A DNA stretch of 64,000 nt from a virus, in the IMG/VR virus record IMGVR_UViG_3300008261_000005. The stretch is one strand, 5' to 3'. This document shows positions 19,220 through 28,936 of this stretch, one piece after another; position 1 is the first letter of the stretch, and every line of letters starts with the position of its first letter. Position numbers and translations under genes: made by a program. The notes below the pieces were generated by a model, which was not told the origin of the DNA, did not search any database, and saw only the letters and a program-made list of their open reading frames with translations.

Positions 19220-21580
19220 ATGTTGAATATTTGGACTGAAAAATCTGGCTACACATTTGGTACTATACAAGAAGGCACAATTGTCAATCTTGCACTGCCA
19301 ATATCTTACTACGACCCAAGTGTTTCTTTTACAGTAATAAGCGGATCGTTACCTCCAGGGCTTAGAATAGTCAGTTCGTCTATTCAAGGAACCGCATATG
19401 AAGTTGCTAGAGCAACCACGTTTACGTTTTGCATACGTGCAACAGATAACGGAGAACGATCTGATCGAACTTTCACTATAAATATAGAAGGCGCAGACAA
19501 CCCTGACTTATTAAACGATGAAGGTTCATTACCAGTTGGTTCAAACAATGCCTTTTTTATTTTAGACTCGTCAGTTATTGATTTTCAAATTGATGCAATA
19601 GACTACGACACCGCAGCTGGTCAAACATTACAATTTTTTATATCCAGTGGAGATGGCGTATTACCTCCGGGATTAACAATGTCCTCAAGTGGAAGGATAA
19701 CTGGCTTAATTAAACCATTGTTAACAATTAACAGTATAAAAGACGGCAGTGGCAGTTATAACTCTGACTTATACGACAGCATTGGTTACGATTTTGGAAA
19801 TCGTCCAGACAACGGTTATGATAGTTTTGTTTATGATACAGTGACTTTTGATTTTAACTTGCCTATCACTACACCAAAAAAACTTAATAGAAATTATGAA
19901 TTTAGGGTAAGTGTAAGTGACGGGGATACTGTTACAAAGAAAACATTTAAAATTTATGTAGTCGGTGACGACTTTTTACGTGCGGACAACACCTTGATGC
20001 ATGTGGGCACTGGCGTATTTACATCAGATGGAACTTTTATAAGAAAGCCTATTTGGATAACTCCAGAAAATTTAGGAACACATCGAGCCAACAATTACTT
20101 GACTATATTATTAGACACGTACGAAGTTCCAGTTATTGGTCAAGTAATTTATAGTTTAGACGCAACAAATCCTGATTCAACTATAAGCGAACTACCTCCA
20201 GGTTTACAGTTTGATGTTACAACATCTGAATTGTTTGGAGTTGTTCCTTATCAACCAGCAATTACCAGGACTTATAAATTTACAATCACTGCCACTAGAT
20301 TTGGCCTTGACAATGAAACTGCTGCATCTAAAAGAACATTTATTATAAGAACATTGGGCGAGGTTGAAAGTGTGATGACTTGGTTAACCCCAAGTTCATT
20401 AGGTAGCATTGATGCAAATTATATTAGCACACTGGTAGTTTCTGCAACATCAACTATTCCAGATGCTACTATTTTATATAGAGTGACCTCGGGAATTTTT
20501 CCACCAGGACTAACATTAGAACTCAATGGTGAAATTACTGGTAAAGTAAATCAATACAGCGATGTGTCAACTCTTGGAATGACAACATTTTCAGATGGTG
20601 TATTCACTAATCAAACGTTTGACGGTGGTGTAACTAGTGTTGATAGAAACTTTGTGTTTACTATTACTGCACAAGATCAATACGGATACAGTGCTATAAG
20701 TAGAGAATTTACTTTAGGCATTAATACTCCCAATGATAGATTATATAGTAGCATTGTTGCTAGAACATTTATGAGTCAAGATAAACGTGCAATCTTTAAT
20801 AGTTTTATTAATGACAGTAACATTTTTACATCCAGTAGCATTTATAGACCCAATGATGTAAATTTTGGAATTCAACGAGATCTTAGAATGACTATTTACG
20901 GCGGTATAGAAACAAAAGTAGCCGGAGAATACGTGTCCGCCATGGGATTAAATCATAAACGTAAACGATTTACATTTGGTGATATAAAAACAGCCAGGGC
21001 CAAAGTTCCAGGAACAAATACAGTAGTTTATGAAGTGATCTATGTTGAGATGTTTGACCCGTTGGAGAAAGGAACAGCATATCTAAATTCAACTGTTACA
21101 CGTTCACCTGATCCTAAAAAGGTAACCGTAGACAGCGGAAATGGCATTTGGGCTCTTAACACCAATACTGCCCTAATGAATCGTGCAGAACCGTACTTGC
21201 CCCGACCAGATAATAGAATTACAATAGATCAAACAAACATACATATTAGCGATCCCAGTTTTAACATACGTTTTCCTAGCTCTATATCTATTTGGAGAGA
21301 AAGACTTAGGGCAGTTGGGTTAACTGAAAGAAATTACTTGCCGTTATGGATGCGCAGTATACAGGACATAACCAAACAAGAATTGGGGTTTACGTTGGCA
21401 GTTCCAATCTGCTTCTGTAATCCAGGAACTTCAGCAGATATCCTGCTGAATATCAAGTATAGTGGATTTGACTTTAAAAATCTTGACTATACTGTAGACA
21501 GATATATAATAGATTCCGTTACTGGTGAGAGTAGCGATAAATATCTAGTATTTAAAGATGACAAGGTAACCATATCATGA
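19220..21580 (+). CDS. Baseplate/structural protein with putative Ig (He_PIG-like) repeats
   Basis: Repeated 'SGxLPPGLxLxxxGxIxG' units; start moved to the ATG at 19220. Confidence 0.6.
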   Translation: MLNIWTEKSGYTFGTIQEGTIVNLALPISYYDPSVSFTVISGSLPPGLRIVSSSIQGTAYEVARATTFTFCIRATDNGERSDRTFTINIEGADNPDLLNDEGSLPVGSNNAFFILDSSVIDFQIDAIDYDTAAGQTLQFFISSGDGVLPPGLTMSSSGRITGLIKPLLTINSIKDGSGSYNSDLYDSIGYDFGNRPDNGYDSFVYDTVTFDFNLPITTPKKLNRNYEFRVSVSDGDTVTKKTFKIYVVGDDFLRADNTLMHVGTGVFTSDGTFIRKPIWITPENLGTHRANNYLTILLDTYEVPVIGQVIYSLDATNPDSTISELPPGLQFDVTTSELFGVVPYQPAITRTYKFTITATRFGLDNETAASKRTFIIRTLGEVESVMTWLTPSSLGSIDANYISTLVVSATSTIPDATILYRVTSGIFPPGLTLELNGEITGKVNQYSDVSTLGMTTFSDGVFTNQTFDGGVTSVDRNFVFTITAQDQYGYSAISREFTLGINTPNDRLYSSIVARTFMSQDKRAIFNSFINDSNIFTSSSIYRPNDVNFGIQRDLRMTIYGGIETKVAGEYVSAMGLNHKRKRFTFGDIKTARAKVPGTNTVVYEVIYVEMFDPLEKGTAYLNSTVTRSPDPKKVTVDSGNGIWALNTNTALMNRAEPYLPRPDNRITIDQTNIHISDPSFNIRFPSSISIWRERLRAVGLTERNYLPLWMRSIQDITKQELGFTLAVPICFCNPGTSADILLNIKYSGFDFKNLDYTVDRYIIDSVTGESSDKYLVFKDDKVTIS

Positions 21581-22485
21581 CCAGTGCAATAAACATAGAT
21601 AACATTAGCGGCACGTTTCCAGTAGCCGGGCAAGACAATAATAGCCAAGGTTTTAGGGACAATTTTACAAACATTAAAGCGGGTTTAAATGTTGCAAAGA
21701 GTGAAATCACAACTTTGCAAAATACAACTGCAAAACTTGATGATGACAACGACTTTAACGGACAAATTTTAGAAAACGCTGAATTTAATAAATTTTACGG
21801 TTCTGTTAGAAATAACGGTCCAATCAGTACTAATACTAGTGTAGACGTTAGAAACGGCCCTTTACAAATTTACACAATTGGGGCAAATCTCACATTGCAG
21901 TTTATTCAATGGCCCATAAGTGATAGATTTGCTAAGATCAGACTTCACTTAAAGAGTGATGCTACTATTAGAACTGTGCAATTTACTGCTGAATCAGGAA
22001 CTGGTAATGTAGAGTTTGATAACACATTTCCATTATTAACTGGATCTGCAACTGTACGAGCATTGACCCTGCCTGCAAATCAAGAATATCAGGTTGTTGA
22101 AGCATGGACTTTTGATGGTGGCATCAAAGTTTATATGAAATACTTAGGCTCATATACCGCTAGCGGCCCTCGAAACTTTAGTACAGAGTACACTGGCAGC
22201 GAGAATTTAGTTAGTGGTGCGGCTGCAAGTTTAGTAAAAACTGCAAGTACAATTTCAGTAAGTTCTCCTTCAACCGCCACACTTGCAGCGGGTATTGAGG
22301 GACAAATTAAAGTATTTGCAACTGTTGCTGCCGCTGGTCCTATGGTAATTACTGTTACTAATGCAGGCTGGAAATTGTTTGGCAATGGTACAATAACTTT
22401 GGCCGATGTGGGTGATGCATGTACATTACAATATATTGAAAGTAAATGGTTTTGTGTAGGTAATAACGGCGTAGTATTTGGATAA
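21577..22485 (+). CDS. Putative structural protein (coiled-coil N-terminus, beta-rich C-terminus)
   Basis: ATGA overlap with the upstream gene; GATAAATA at 21536-21543; 'LAAGIEGQIK' echoes the C-terminus of the 6115 ORF. Confidence 0.5.
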   Translation: MTSAINIDNISGTFPVAGQDNNSQGFRDNFTNIKAGLNVAKSEITTLQNTTAKLDDDNDFNGQILENAEFNKFYGSVRNNGPISTNTSVDVRNGPLQIYTIGANLTLQFIQWPISDRFAKIRLHLKSDATIRTVQFTAESGTGNVEFDNTFPLLTGSATVRALTLPANQEYQVVEAWTFDGGIKVYMKYLGSYTASGPRNFSTEYTGSENLVSGAAASLVKTASTISVSSPSTATLAAGIEGQIKVFATVAAAGPMVITVTNAGWKLFGNGTITLADVGDACTLQYIESKWFCVGNNGVVFG

Positions 22486-22724
22486 TGCCAGTAATCAATC
22501 CACTAGTTGATGACCTAAGTGGTCTTAAGGATGCCGAAGTCGAAGCTAAAATTGCCGACTTGAGTAAGAAGTATTGGTTGACTAGAAATCCTGACATACA
22601 ATATCAAATTAGCTGTTTCATCCAAATTTACAAGGATGAAATGTCTATGCGCCGTGCTAAAGCATGGGAACAACAAAACCAAAAGAGAAATAAAGATCTT
22701 GACAATTTAATACAAGTCAACTAA
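22485..22724 (+). CDS. Hypothetical protein
   Basis: TAATG coupling to the previous gene. Confidence 0.6.
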   Translation: MPVINPLVDDLSGLKDAEVEAKIADLSKKYWLTRNPDIQYQISCFIQIYKDEMSMRRAKAWEQQNQKRNKDLDNLIQVN

Positions 22725-22733
22725 AATAGCTGT

Positions 22734-23243
22734 ATGACTTCAGATAAATTTGGCAATGTACTCTACGATTCTACCGATATAGTGAATATGCTATATAAGG
22801 GTGATGGCGAACACTTATCCAAAGTGTTATGCGAAAACAGCATTGACTTATCCAAACTAGCAGAAATTGCTAACATCCAACTCAATCACGTTGATCCAAC
22901 ACTATATGACATTGATGTAGAAACTTTTGACAGTATTTGTCAAAATGATTGGATGATGCCCGAAGAATACAAAACATTTGATATTGCTAAATGGGTGTTG
23001 GACAAGTGTGAAAATCAAGATCAGCTACAACGTGTTGGTGCAGAACTGCTTGAATTTCAACGAAGAAATATGTTACCATTGCTACAATGGCTTAAATATT
23101 TCGTAGATTATTGCAGAACTAACAATATAGTTTGGGGTGTAGGTCGTGGATCTAGTGTATCCAGTTATGTGCTATTTCTAATAGGCGTACATAAGATAGA
23201 TTCCATGAAATATAATTTAGACTGGCAAGACTTCTTAAGATAA
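22734..23243 (+). CDS. Mini DnaE (Pol III alpha)-like protein, truncated before the catalytic PDxDxD motif
   Basis: 'RVGAEL...LKYFVDYCRTNNIVWGVGRGSSVSSYVLFLIGVHKIDSMKYNLDWQDFLR' aligns by eye with the DnaE GxGRGS region. Confidence 0.7.
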   Translation: MTSDKFGNVLYDSTDIVNMLYKGDGEHLSKVLCENSIDLSKLAEIANIQLNHVDPTLYDIDVETFDSICQNDWMMPEEYKTFDIAKWVLDKCENQDQLQRVGAELLEFQRRNMLPLLQWLKYFVDYCRTNNIVWGVGRGSSVSSYVLFLIGVHKIDSMKYNLDWQDFLR

Positions 23244-23246
23244 ATA
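23239..23246 (+). promoter_or_regulatory. T4-like late promoter GATAAATA
   Basis: Upstream of AGGAG and the ATG at 23270, in front of the groES pair. Confidence 0.55.
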
Positions 23247-23269
23247 CTACTATAATCCAGGAGATTAAT

Positions 23270-23491
23270 ATGGCAATGAAAGAACAACAACGCAAAATTT
23301 ACCGTAGTGCTAACGGTAAAGAAGTTGATATTGAGAAACTAAGAAACAAAAATGAACTAACTCCAGCAGTTGGTAATGCTCGAGTCAATGCTCGCGGTGA
23401 TGAATTAGGCCCAGGTGGCAAAATTATCCGCAAGCGTGAAGAAGTAATGGCAGAATATTACAAAGGCAATCCAGCGAAAGGCGAAGAATGA
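23270..23491 (+). CDS. Conserved hypothetical protein upstream of groES
   Basis: AGGAG RBS; ATGA overlap with groES. Confidence 0.65.
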   Translation: MAMKEQQRKIYRSANGKEVDIEKLRNKNELTPAVGNARVNARGDELGPGGKIIRKREEVMAEYYKGNPAKGEE

Positions 23492-23826
23492 ACGTTGTAA
23501 AAGGTAAAATTAGACCAATCCGAGATCATATACTTGCAGTTGATATGGATTTTGGAGAAGTTAAAACAACCAGCGGAATTGTATTACGTAGCGATGACGG
23601 CAAAGACCACGGGATTAAACCACGTTGGTGTCGAGTCTGGGCTATTGGCAACGAACAAAAAGACGTCAAGGTGGGTGAGTGGATTTGTGTTGAACATGGT
23701 CGATGGACTCGAGGACATACTGTGGAGGATCAAGACGGAAAAGAAATAGTTATTCGTCGAATTGATGCAAACGGTATTATGGTATCGGCTGATGAACCAC
23801 CATCGGATGTATATATTCCCAAGTAA
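23488..23826 (+). CDS. groES: GroES-like co-chaperonin (Cpn10; T4 gp31 analogue)
   Basis: 'IRPIRDHIL...TTSGIVL...VWAIG...DVKVGEWI' Cpn10 pattern. Confidence 0.8.
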   Translation: MNVVKGKIRPIRDHILAVDMDFGEVKTTSGIVLRSDDGKDHGIKPRWCRVWAIGNEQKDVKVGEWICVEHGRWTRGHTVEDQDGKEIVIRRIDANGIMVSADEPPSDVYIPK

Positions 23827-23846
23827 GTAAACGGTTAACCTAACCC

Positions 23847-23871
23847 AACAGGACTATTGACTAGTCCTGTT
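23847..23871 (+). terminator. 10-bp perfect hairpin AACAGGACTA-TTGAC-TAGTCCTGTT after groES, whose loop is the next -35 box
   Basis: Perfect inverted repeat visible. Confidence 0.55.
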
Positions 23872-23885
23872 CTTACCTGTATAAT
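23857..23885 (+). promoter_or_regulatory. sigma70-type promoter TTGACT-17-TATAAT for the clamp-loader operon
   Basis: Near-consensus boxes with 17-bp spacer; AAGGAG RBS downstream. Confidence 0.8.
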
Positions 23886-23902
23886 ATACAAAAGGAGTGA
23901 TT

Positions 23903-24817
23903 ATGAAACAATTATGGGTAGAAAAGTATCGTCCAGCTAGAGTTGACGGTTATGTGTTTAGAGATGAACATCAAAAAGCACAAGTACAACGCTGGATTAA
24001 AGAAGGAACAATCCCTCATTTGTTGTTTAGCGGTAACGCTGGTATTGGTAAGACGACGCTGGCAAAGATTTTGCTTAACGAGTTAGGTGTAAACGATTTA
24101 GACGTTTTAGAAATTAACGCTAGTCGTGAAAACGATGTAGACACTGTGCGTACTAAGATTATCAACTTTGTACAAATGATTCCGTTTGGTGCATTCAAAG
24201 TTGTAATGTTAGATGAGGCAGATTACTTGAGTCCAAACGCACAAGCAGCCTTACGTGGTGTTATGGAAACGTATGCAACAACTAGTCGATTTATTTTAAC
24301 GTGTAACTATCCTAATCGTATTATTCCAGCATTGCACAGTCGTTGTCAAGGTTTCCACGTTGAGAAAGTTGATCAACTTGAAGTGTTTAAGCGGGTTGAA
24401 ACTATTCTTAAAGCAGAAAGTATTGTGTATGATGACGAAACATTGGCAAATTATGTAGCCGCAACATATCCAGATTTGCGTAAGTGCATCAATTCAGTAC
24501 AAATGAACAGTATGGATGGTAAATTGCATCGCCCAGAAAAGAGTGATGCCGGTGAAGCAGACTACAAATTTGAGATGGTTGAATTATTTAAGGCTGGCAA
24601 AATTGCAGATGCACGTAAACTAGTGTGTAGCCAAGCACGTCCAGAAGAGATGGAAGATATTTATCGCTGGTTATACGACAACATTACAATATTTGGTGAT
24701 GACGCAAAGCAAGAAAAAGCAATTCTTATTATTAAACAAGGCTTAGTTGATCACACGTTAGTAAGTGATGTTGAAATTAACTTGGCCGCAACATTAATTA
24801 GGTTAGCTCATCTATGA
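23903..24817 (+). CDS. Clamp loader AAA+ subunit (RFC small / T4 gp44-like)
   Basis: 'LWVEKYRP', Walker A GNAGIGKT, 'INAS', 'LDEADYL', 'LHSRC'. Confidence 0.92.
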   Translation: MKQLWVEKYRPARVDGYVFRDEHQKAQVQRWIKEGTIPHLLFSGNAGIGKTTLAKILLNELGVNDLDVLEINASRENDVDTVRTKIINFVQMIPFGAFKVVMLDEADYLSPNAQAALRGVMETYATTSRFILTCNYPNRIIPALHSRCQGFHVEKVDQLEVFKRVETILKAESIVYDDETLANYVAATYPDLRKCINSVQMNSMDGKLHRPEKSDAGEADYKFEMVELFKAGKIADARKLVCSQARPEEMEDIYRWLYDNITIFGDDAKQEKAILIIKQGLVDHTLVSDVEINLAATLIRLAHL

Positions 24818-25137
24818 CATATTTGGTCACTGAAAACTGTATCAAATGTAAACATACTGATTGTGTAGAAGTATGTCCAGTTGATTGTTTTTACGAAGGT
24901 CCTAATTTTTTAGTAATTAATCCAGACGAATGTATTGACTGCGGTGTATGTGTCCCTGAATGTCCAATTGATGCCATTGTCCCAGATAATGACGTCAATG
25001 TAAATGTTGTATTGTGGACTGATATTAATAAACGTCTAAGTGCTAAGTGGCCAGTTATTACCAAGCGCAAGGCTGCACTGCCAGATGCTGAAGAGTGGAA
25101 CGGCAAACCAAACAAACTTGATTTACTTGAAGAATGA
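24814..25137 (+). CDS. fdxA: 7Fe ferredoxin (3Fe-4S/4Fe-4S, FdxA type)
   Basis: '[45 protein letters not shown]' is the Azotobacter FdI-type pattern. Confidence 0.93.
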   Translation: MTYLVTENCIKCKHTDCVEVCPVDCFYEGPNFLVINPDECIDCGVCVPECPIDAIVPDNDVNVNVVLWTDINKRLSAKWPVITKRKAALPDAEEWNGKPNKLDLLEE

Positions 25138-25604
25138 CAGAAAAGAAATCAAACTTAGCCAAAGGCAGGCATAGTTATGATGCTAAAATTGGCGACAGCG
25201 TAGTTCCATTCTTTAATAGGAATGTAAGCGAGTATCCAACTGAAGCTGGTGGGCCAAAGTTTGATTTAATTCCTGTTACTAAACAAAAAGACATAATGAT
25301 TAATCATGCTAGGATGTATGCCCAGCAAGAATATGATCGTATCATGGAATTAGTAGCAGTATTACAAAAACAAGCAGAAGGTATTAAACGTCGATTAGAT
25401 GTGACTGATGCTGTACACGCTGCCGTTTATCAATTTCAACCTGTGATGGGCAATTATTATTGGCTAGTTTGGGACCAGCGTAAGGAACACATTTTGTTAA
25501 CACAGCACGGTCCAACTGACTGGTCTAGTGGGCCTCCAGAAGATTATGTTTATCAAACACAAGTAAAATACATGGGTGACCATACTTGGTTAGAAATAGA
25601 ATGA
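25134..25604 (+). CDS. Hypothetical protein (DUF2452-like)
   Basis: Coiled coil followed by 'F.PV.G..Y.L...' pattern; overlaps both neighbours by ATGA. Confidence 0.5.
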   Translation: MTEKKSNLAKGRHSYDAKIGDSVVPFFNRNVSEYPTEAGGPKFDLIPVTKQKDIMINHARMYAQQEYDRIMELVAVLQKQAEGIKRRLDVTDAVHAAVYQFQPVMGNYYWLVWDQRKEHILLTQHGPTDWSSGPPEDYVYQTQVKYMGDHTWLEIE

Positions 25605-26119
25605 AACAAAAATATATAGATTTATACAATGATTTTGCTGAACGTACTGCAAAATTAAGCCATGCACGTAGGTTACAAGTTGGTGCAGTTATTGTCAAAG
25701 ACGATACAGTTATTAGTTATGGATATAACGGAATGCCCAGTGGATGGGATAACAACTGCGAAGATAAAGAATTTATGAGTGGTGTTGAGCATGGACTTAG
25801 TCCTGAAGAAATTGAATCGCAATGGCCTTTTGAAGAATGGGTATCTGCACACGGTCGAAAAATGAGATTCAAATTAAAAACAAAACCGGAGGTACTTCAT
25901 GCCGAATCAAATGCGATTGCAAAACTGGCTAAGTCTAACAACAGTGGTATGGGTGCTACTATGTTTATTACCCATGCTCCATGTTTGGACTGTGCCAAAC
26001 TTATATTCCAAAGTGGTATTGGCAGTGTTCTATATAGGGACGCTTATCGGGATACTGGTGGTGTTGCGTTTCTCGAAAAGTCCGGCGTAGAAGTAGTGCA
26101 AATAAAAAAGGGGCCTTAA
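25601..26119 (+). CDS. dCMP deaminase
   Basis: 'QVGAVIVKDDTVISYGYNGMPSG', 'HAESNAI', 'PCLDCAKLI' zinc motifs. Confidence 0.92.
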   Translation: MKQKYIDLYNDFAERTAKLSHARRLQVGAVIVKDDTVISYGYNGMPSGWDNNCEDKEFMSGVEHGLSPEEIESQWPFEEWVSAHGRKMRFKLKTKPEVLHAESNAIAKLAKSNNSGMGATMFITHAPCLDCAKLIFQSGIGSVLYRDAYRDTGGVAFLEKSGVEVVQIKKGP

Positions 26120-26129
26120 GCCCCTTTTT
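26105..26129. terminator. Bidirectional rho-independent terminator between the convergent dCMP deaminase and phoH genes
   Basis: AAAAAGGGGC-CTTAA-GCCCCTTTTT. Confidence 0.85.
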
Positions 26130-26135
26130 AACTTA

Positions 26136-26855
26136 TTAGTTGTCCCCGTACAGCGATAACACCTCCTTTACTGCATCGTGGCGTTCAATATCTTTATGGT
26201 CAAACTGCACTATATCGATATGTTTCATTTGTTTATTTTTGAGTAGGTTGCAAAAATTAATCAAGCCATTGTCGTTCACACGATCAGCTTGTGCTAAGTC
26301 ACCAGTTACTACCATTTTAGAATTTTCTCCTAAACGTGTTAGTAACATTTTCATTTGATTGACTGTGGCATTTTGCATTTCATCAGCAATAATGTATGCG
26401 TTCTTAAAGGTTCTTCCGCGCATATACGCGAGTGGGCTGATTTCAATAACTCCTTCCTCCAACATCTTAGCGATGTCTTGTGCTTTGTAATACTCTCCTA
26501 AGACGTCAAATATAGGACGAGTCCATGGTGCCATTTTTTCATTCAATGTACCTGGCAAAAATCCTAAATCCTCATCTACAGAAACGGCGGGTCTGGTAAC
26601 TATGATTTTATCAACTAACCCTTCCTGATATAACTTAACACCATGCATTACCGCTAGCATGGTTTTACCCGTACCGGCTGGACCGATAGCAAATACAATG
26701 CTAGTCGATTCTTCTTGTAATTTTTGTAAGTAAGTTTTTTGGTTAGAATTACGTGCTGTCATTACTACACGTTGCTTCTTTTGGGGAAGGTATGACTCGA
26801 AATCAATTACTTTAACATCAGATGTAAAACGTTTTTTCACGCGGTTTTTACTCAT
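26136..26855 (-). CDS. phoH: PhoH-family ATPase
   Basis: 'GPAGTGKT', 'RPAV', 'LGFLPG', 'YMRGRTF', 'DEMQN', 'LLTRLG', 'GDLAQAD'. Confidence 0.95.
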   Translation of the reverse strand: MSKNRVKKRFTSDVKVIDFESYLPQKKQRVVMTARNSNQKTYLQKLQEESTSIVFAIGPAGTGKTMLAVMHGVKLYQEGLVDKIIVTRPAVSVDEDLGFLPGTLNEKMAPWTRPIFDVLGEYYKAQDIAKMLEEGVIEISPLAYMRGRTFKNAYIIADEMQNATVNQMKMLLTRLGENSKMVVTGDLAQADRVNDNGLINFCNLLKNKQMKHIDIVQFDHKDIERHDAVKEVLSLYGDN

Positions 26856-26984
26856 CTAGTTATTCTCCTACTCTTTAATGTAAAAGTAGAACTTGTAGCG
26901 ACCGCCTCGATAACTACAGAGGTCCTACACAATTACTTATACGTTTGGTGAAATAATAAACACATACTACATAGAACTTTCCTA

Positions 26985-26992
26985 GCTAAATA
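26985..26992 (+). promoter_or_regulatory. T4-like late promoter GCTAAATA
   Basis: Intergenic, upstream of 27020. Confidence 0.55.
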
Positions 26993-27019
26993 CTTGAGTA
27001 CAATATAGGACTCAAATCC

Positions 27020-27559
27020 ATGCGCGATATTTTAGAAGTAATTAAAAACGTAGAAAGCATCTATAACAACAATTCCAGCTTGGCTATTCTAAAGGACTTT
27101 GAAAGAGTTCTAGACGAAATGGATATGTACGTATATAAAAACTGGCAAGACGGAGAATTAGCTAGCGGACCAAAAGTAGATAGACATTGGGTTACCGCAG
27201 AATTCATGTGGGACTATAACAAAATGCCAGACCCAATCGCTGCTAAAAGATTAACAGAATTAGGCTGCAAGGTTACGTTTCAAAAAACACAAAAGGTAGA
27301 GCCGCGCAAGATTAGAACACCTGATGATTTACGTCCTGGAACAAAGAAGGGCAAGTTAGATTCCAAACCTATCTGGGTTGTAGAAATTGCAATGCCTAAA
27401 AAATTAGTGTTTGATATTTTTAACGGGTATATGGATCGTATTAGAGAAGAGCGTTCTAGCAAGAACCCAACAGCTGGAAATCAAGGACCAGCTGCACCAG
27501 CAGCAGCACCAGCAGCACCGCCAACCGCGGCAGCACCAGCGGCAGGAGCACCAGCATAA
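27020..27559 (+). CDS. Hypothetical protein with Ala/Pro low-complexity tail
   Basis: AGGA RBS; GCACCAGCA-type repeats near the 3' end. Confidence 0.65.
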   Translation: MRDILEVIKNVESIYNNNSSLAILKDFERVLDEMDMYVYKNWQDGELASGPKVDRHWVTAEFMWDYNKMPDPIAAKRLTELGCKVTFQKTQKVEPRKIRTPDDLRPGTKKGKLDSKPIWVVEIAMPKKLVFDIFNGYMDRIREERSSKNPTAGNQGPAAPAAAPAAPPTAAAPAAGAPA

Positions 27560-28290
27560 TGCAAATTAATGAAGATTTAGTCGCAGGTGATTTGGTAAAT
27601 TTAATCAGTCACGTTTTTGAAATTGACAGCTATAAAAGTAAAATTGGCGAAGACGGAGATTTGGTTGTACTAAGTTTTACTGCTGATAGTAAAGCCCCAG
27701 CAGATGACCTTGCAAGATTTTTTGAAATGGGTTACGACTTTGTTGTTGACGCTGATGCAACTAACGGACCAGTGGACAACGGAAAATTTAAAGTGTTTGT
27801 TGAGATTGAAAGAACTAAACACGTGTCAAAACAAATTATAGAACTATTAGACGGCGCTAGCAGATTAACTGGCAGCAATAATTGGAAGTTTAGATACTAC
27901 AAGAGTTTTAAAAGTATTCCGGCTGATTTAGAAACTTTGGAAGCAGCAATTCCCAAAGACATAGACAGCTATGATGAAAGAGTTGCAAATAACGAAATGA
28001 ATAATTTTTCTAATTTCTTTAGAAGAGGATTTGCCGAAAACGTCAGTGTACTAGAGGACGACATTAGGTTTGAAAGAGTATTTGCTGAATCTGTTAATAT
28101 GCGTATTAAAGATTTTGATCGTAAAGATGCATTGTACAGCAGAATTCCGGGTGCTATCAAACTAGGATCCAAAGACATGAGTGAGATAATGTTTTTAACA
28201 AAAACTCTTGGCAACTACAACATTACAAAAATTAACAACACATTTATATTTGAAAATAATGGATACGCAGTTGCGTTGGAGATGATCTAA
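27559..28290 (+). CDS. Hypothetical protein with MQINE N-terminus
   Basis: TAATG coupling; long ORF. Confidence 0.65.
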   Translation: MQINEDLVAGDLVNLISHVFEIDSYKSKIGEDGDLVVLSFTADSKAPADDLARFFEMGYDFVVDADATNGPVDNGKFKVFVEIERTKHVSKQIIELLDGASRLTGSNNWKFRYYKSFKSIPADLETLEAAIPKDIDSYDERVANNEMNNFSNFFRRGFAENVSVLEDDIRFERVFAESVNMRIKDFDRKDALYSRIPGAIKLGSKDMSEIMFLTKTLGNYNITKINNTFIFENNGYAVALEMI

Positions 28291-28910
28291 TGGCTCAATT
28301 GGGATGGATGATAAGTTTAATACCAGATGGCATTTTCATTTGGCTCACCTACATTATTATCGCATTGGGTATTGGGCTATATGTAGCCAGTAAGTTGGTT
28401 ACTTGGATTCCTATGATGGGGCAATATAAATTGCCAGCAGAATTGGTAGGAGTTGTTTTATTATCAGCTGGCATGTATTTGTTTGGAAGTTATGGCACTG
28501 AAATGATATGGCGGGCTAGAGTTGAAGAACTTGAAGCAAAAGTAAAAATAGCAGAAGAAAAGAGTCAGCAAGTAAATGTTGTAATTCAAGAAAAAGTAGT
28601 TACTAAAATTAAAGTAGTCAAGGAAAATGTATATGTTAACAGAGAAATTATCAAAGAAGTTGCGGGCAAGCAATTGGATGCTCAGTGTGCTTTGCCTAAG
28701 TCTACTGTCAGCTTGCACGACAGCGCCAGTCGTAATGAAGTGGCCGGACGTGCCGCCGCAACTGATGGAACCCCCAGCGAAGTTAAAGCCAGTCAGCTCC
28801 TCGACAGAGTCGTTGAAAACTACGGAAGCTGTCACGAAAACGCAGCCAAACTAGAAGCATGGCAAGAGTGGTACAAGGAACAAAAGAAAATCTTTGAAAG
28901 CGTTAAATAA
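28290..28910 (+). CDS. Inner-membrane spanin (Rz-like)
   Basis: N-terminal hydrophobic helices followed by a periplasmic coiled coil; contains a nested lipoprotein ORF. Confidence 0.65.
   Translation: MAQLGWMISLIPDGIFIWLTYIIIALGIGLYVASKLVTWIPMMGQYKLPAELVGVVLLSAGMYLFGSYGTEMIWRARVEELEAKVKIAEEKSQQVNVVIQEKVVTKIKVVKENVYVNREIIKEVAGKQLDAQCALPKSTVSLHDSASRNEVAGRAAATDGTPSEVKASQLLDRVVENYGSCHENAAKLEAWQEWYKEQKKIFESVK
28633..28854 (+). CDS. Embedded outer-membrane spanin lipoprotein (Rz1-like)
   Basis: Alternative frame inside the i-spanin; basic N-region, hydrophobic core, lipobox LLSA-C, Pro-rich mature part; AAGGA 8 nt upstream of the ATG at 28633. Confidence 0.7.
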   Translation: MLTEKLSKKLRASNWMLSVLCLSLLSACTTAPVVMKWPDVPPQLMEPPAKLKPVSSSTESLKTTEAVTKTQPN

Positions 28911-28936
28911 TATCATAAACACTGAGGAGCGTTATT

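Noticed and set aside
22734-23243. Split-intein DnaE or frameshifted dnaE pseudogene
   Set aside because: No intein N-terminal Cys/Ser block, no DnaE continuation in neighbouring frames, and intact start/stop with a promoter-like box after it; kept as a truncated-protein finding instead
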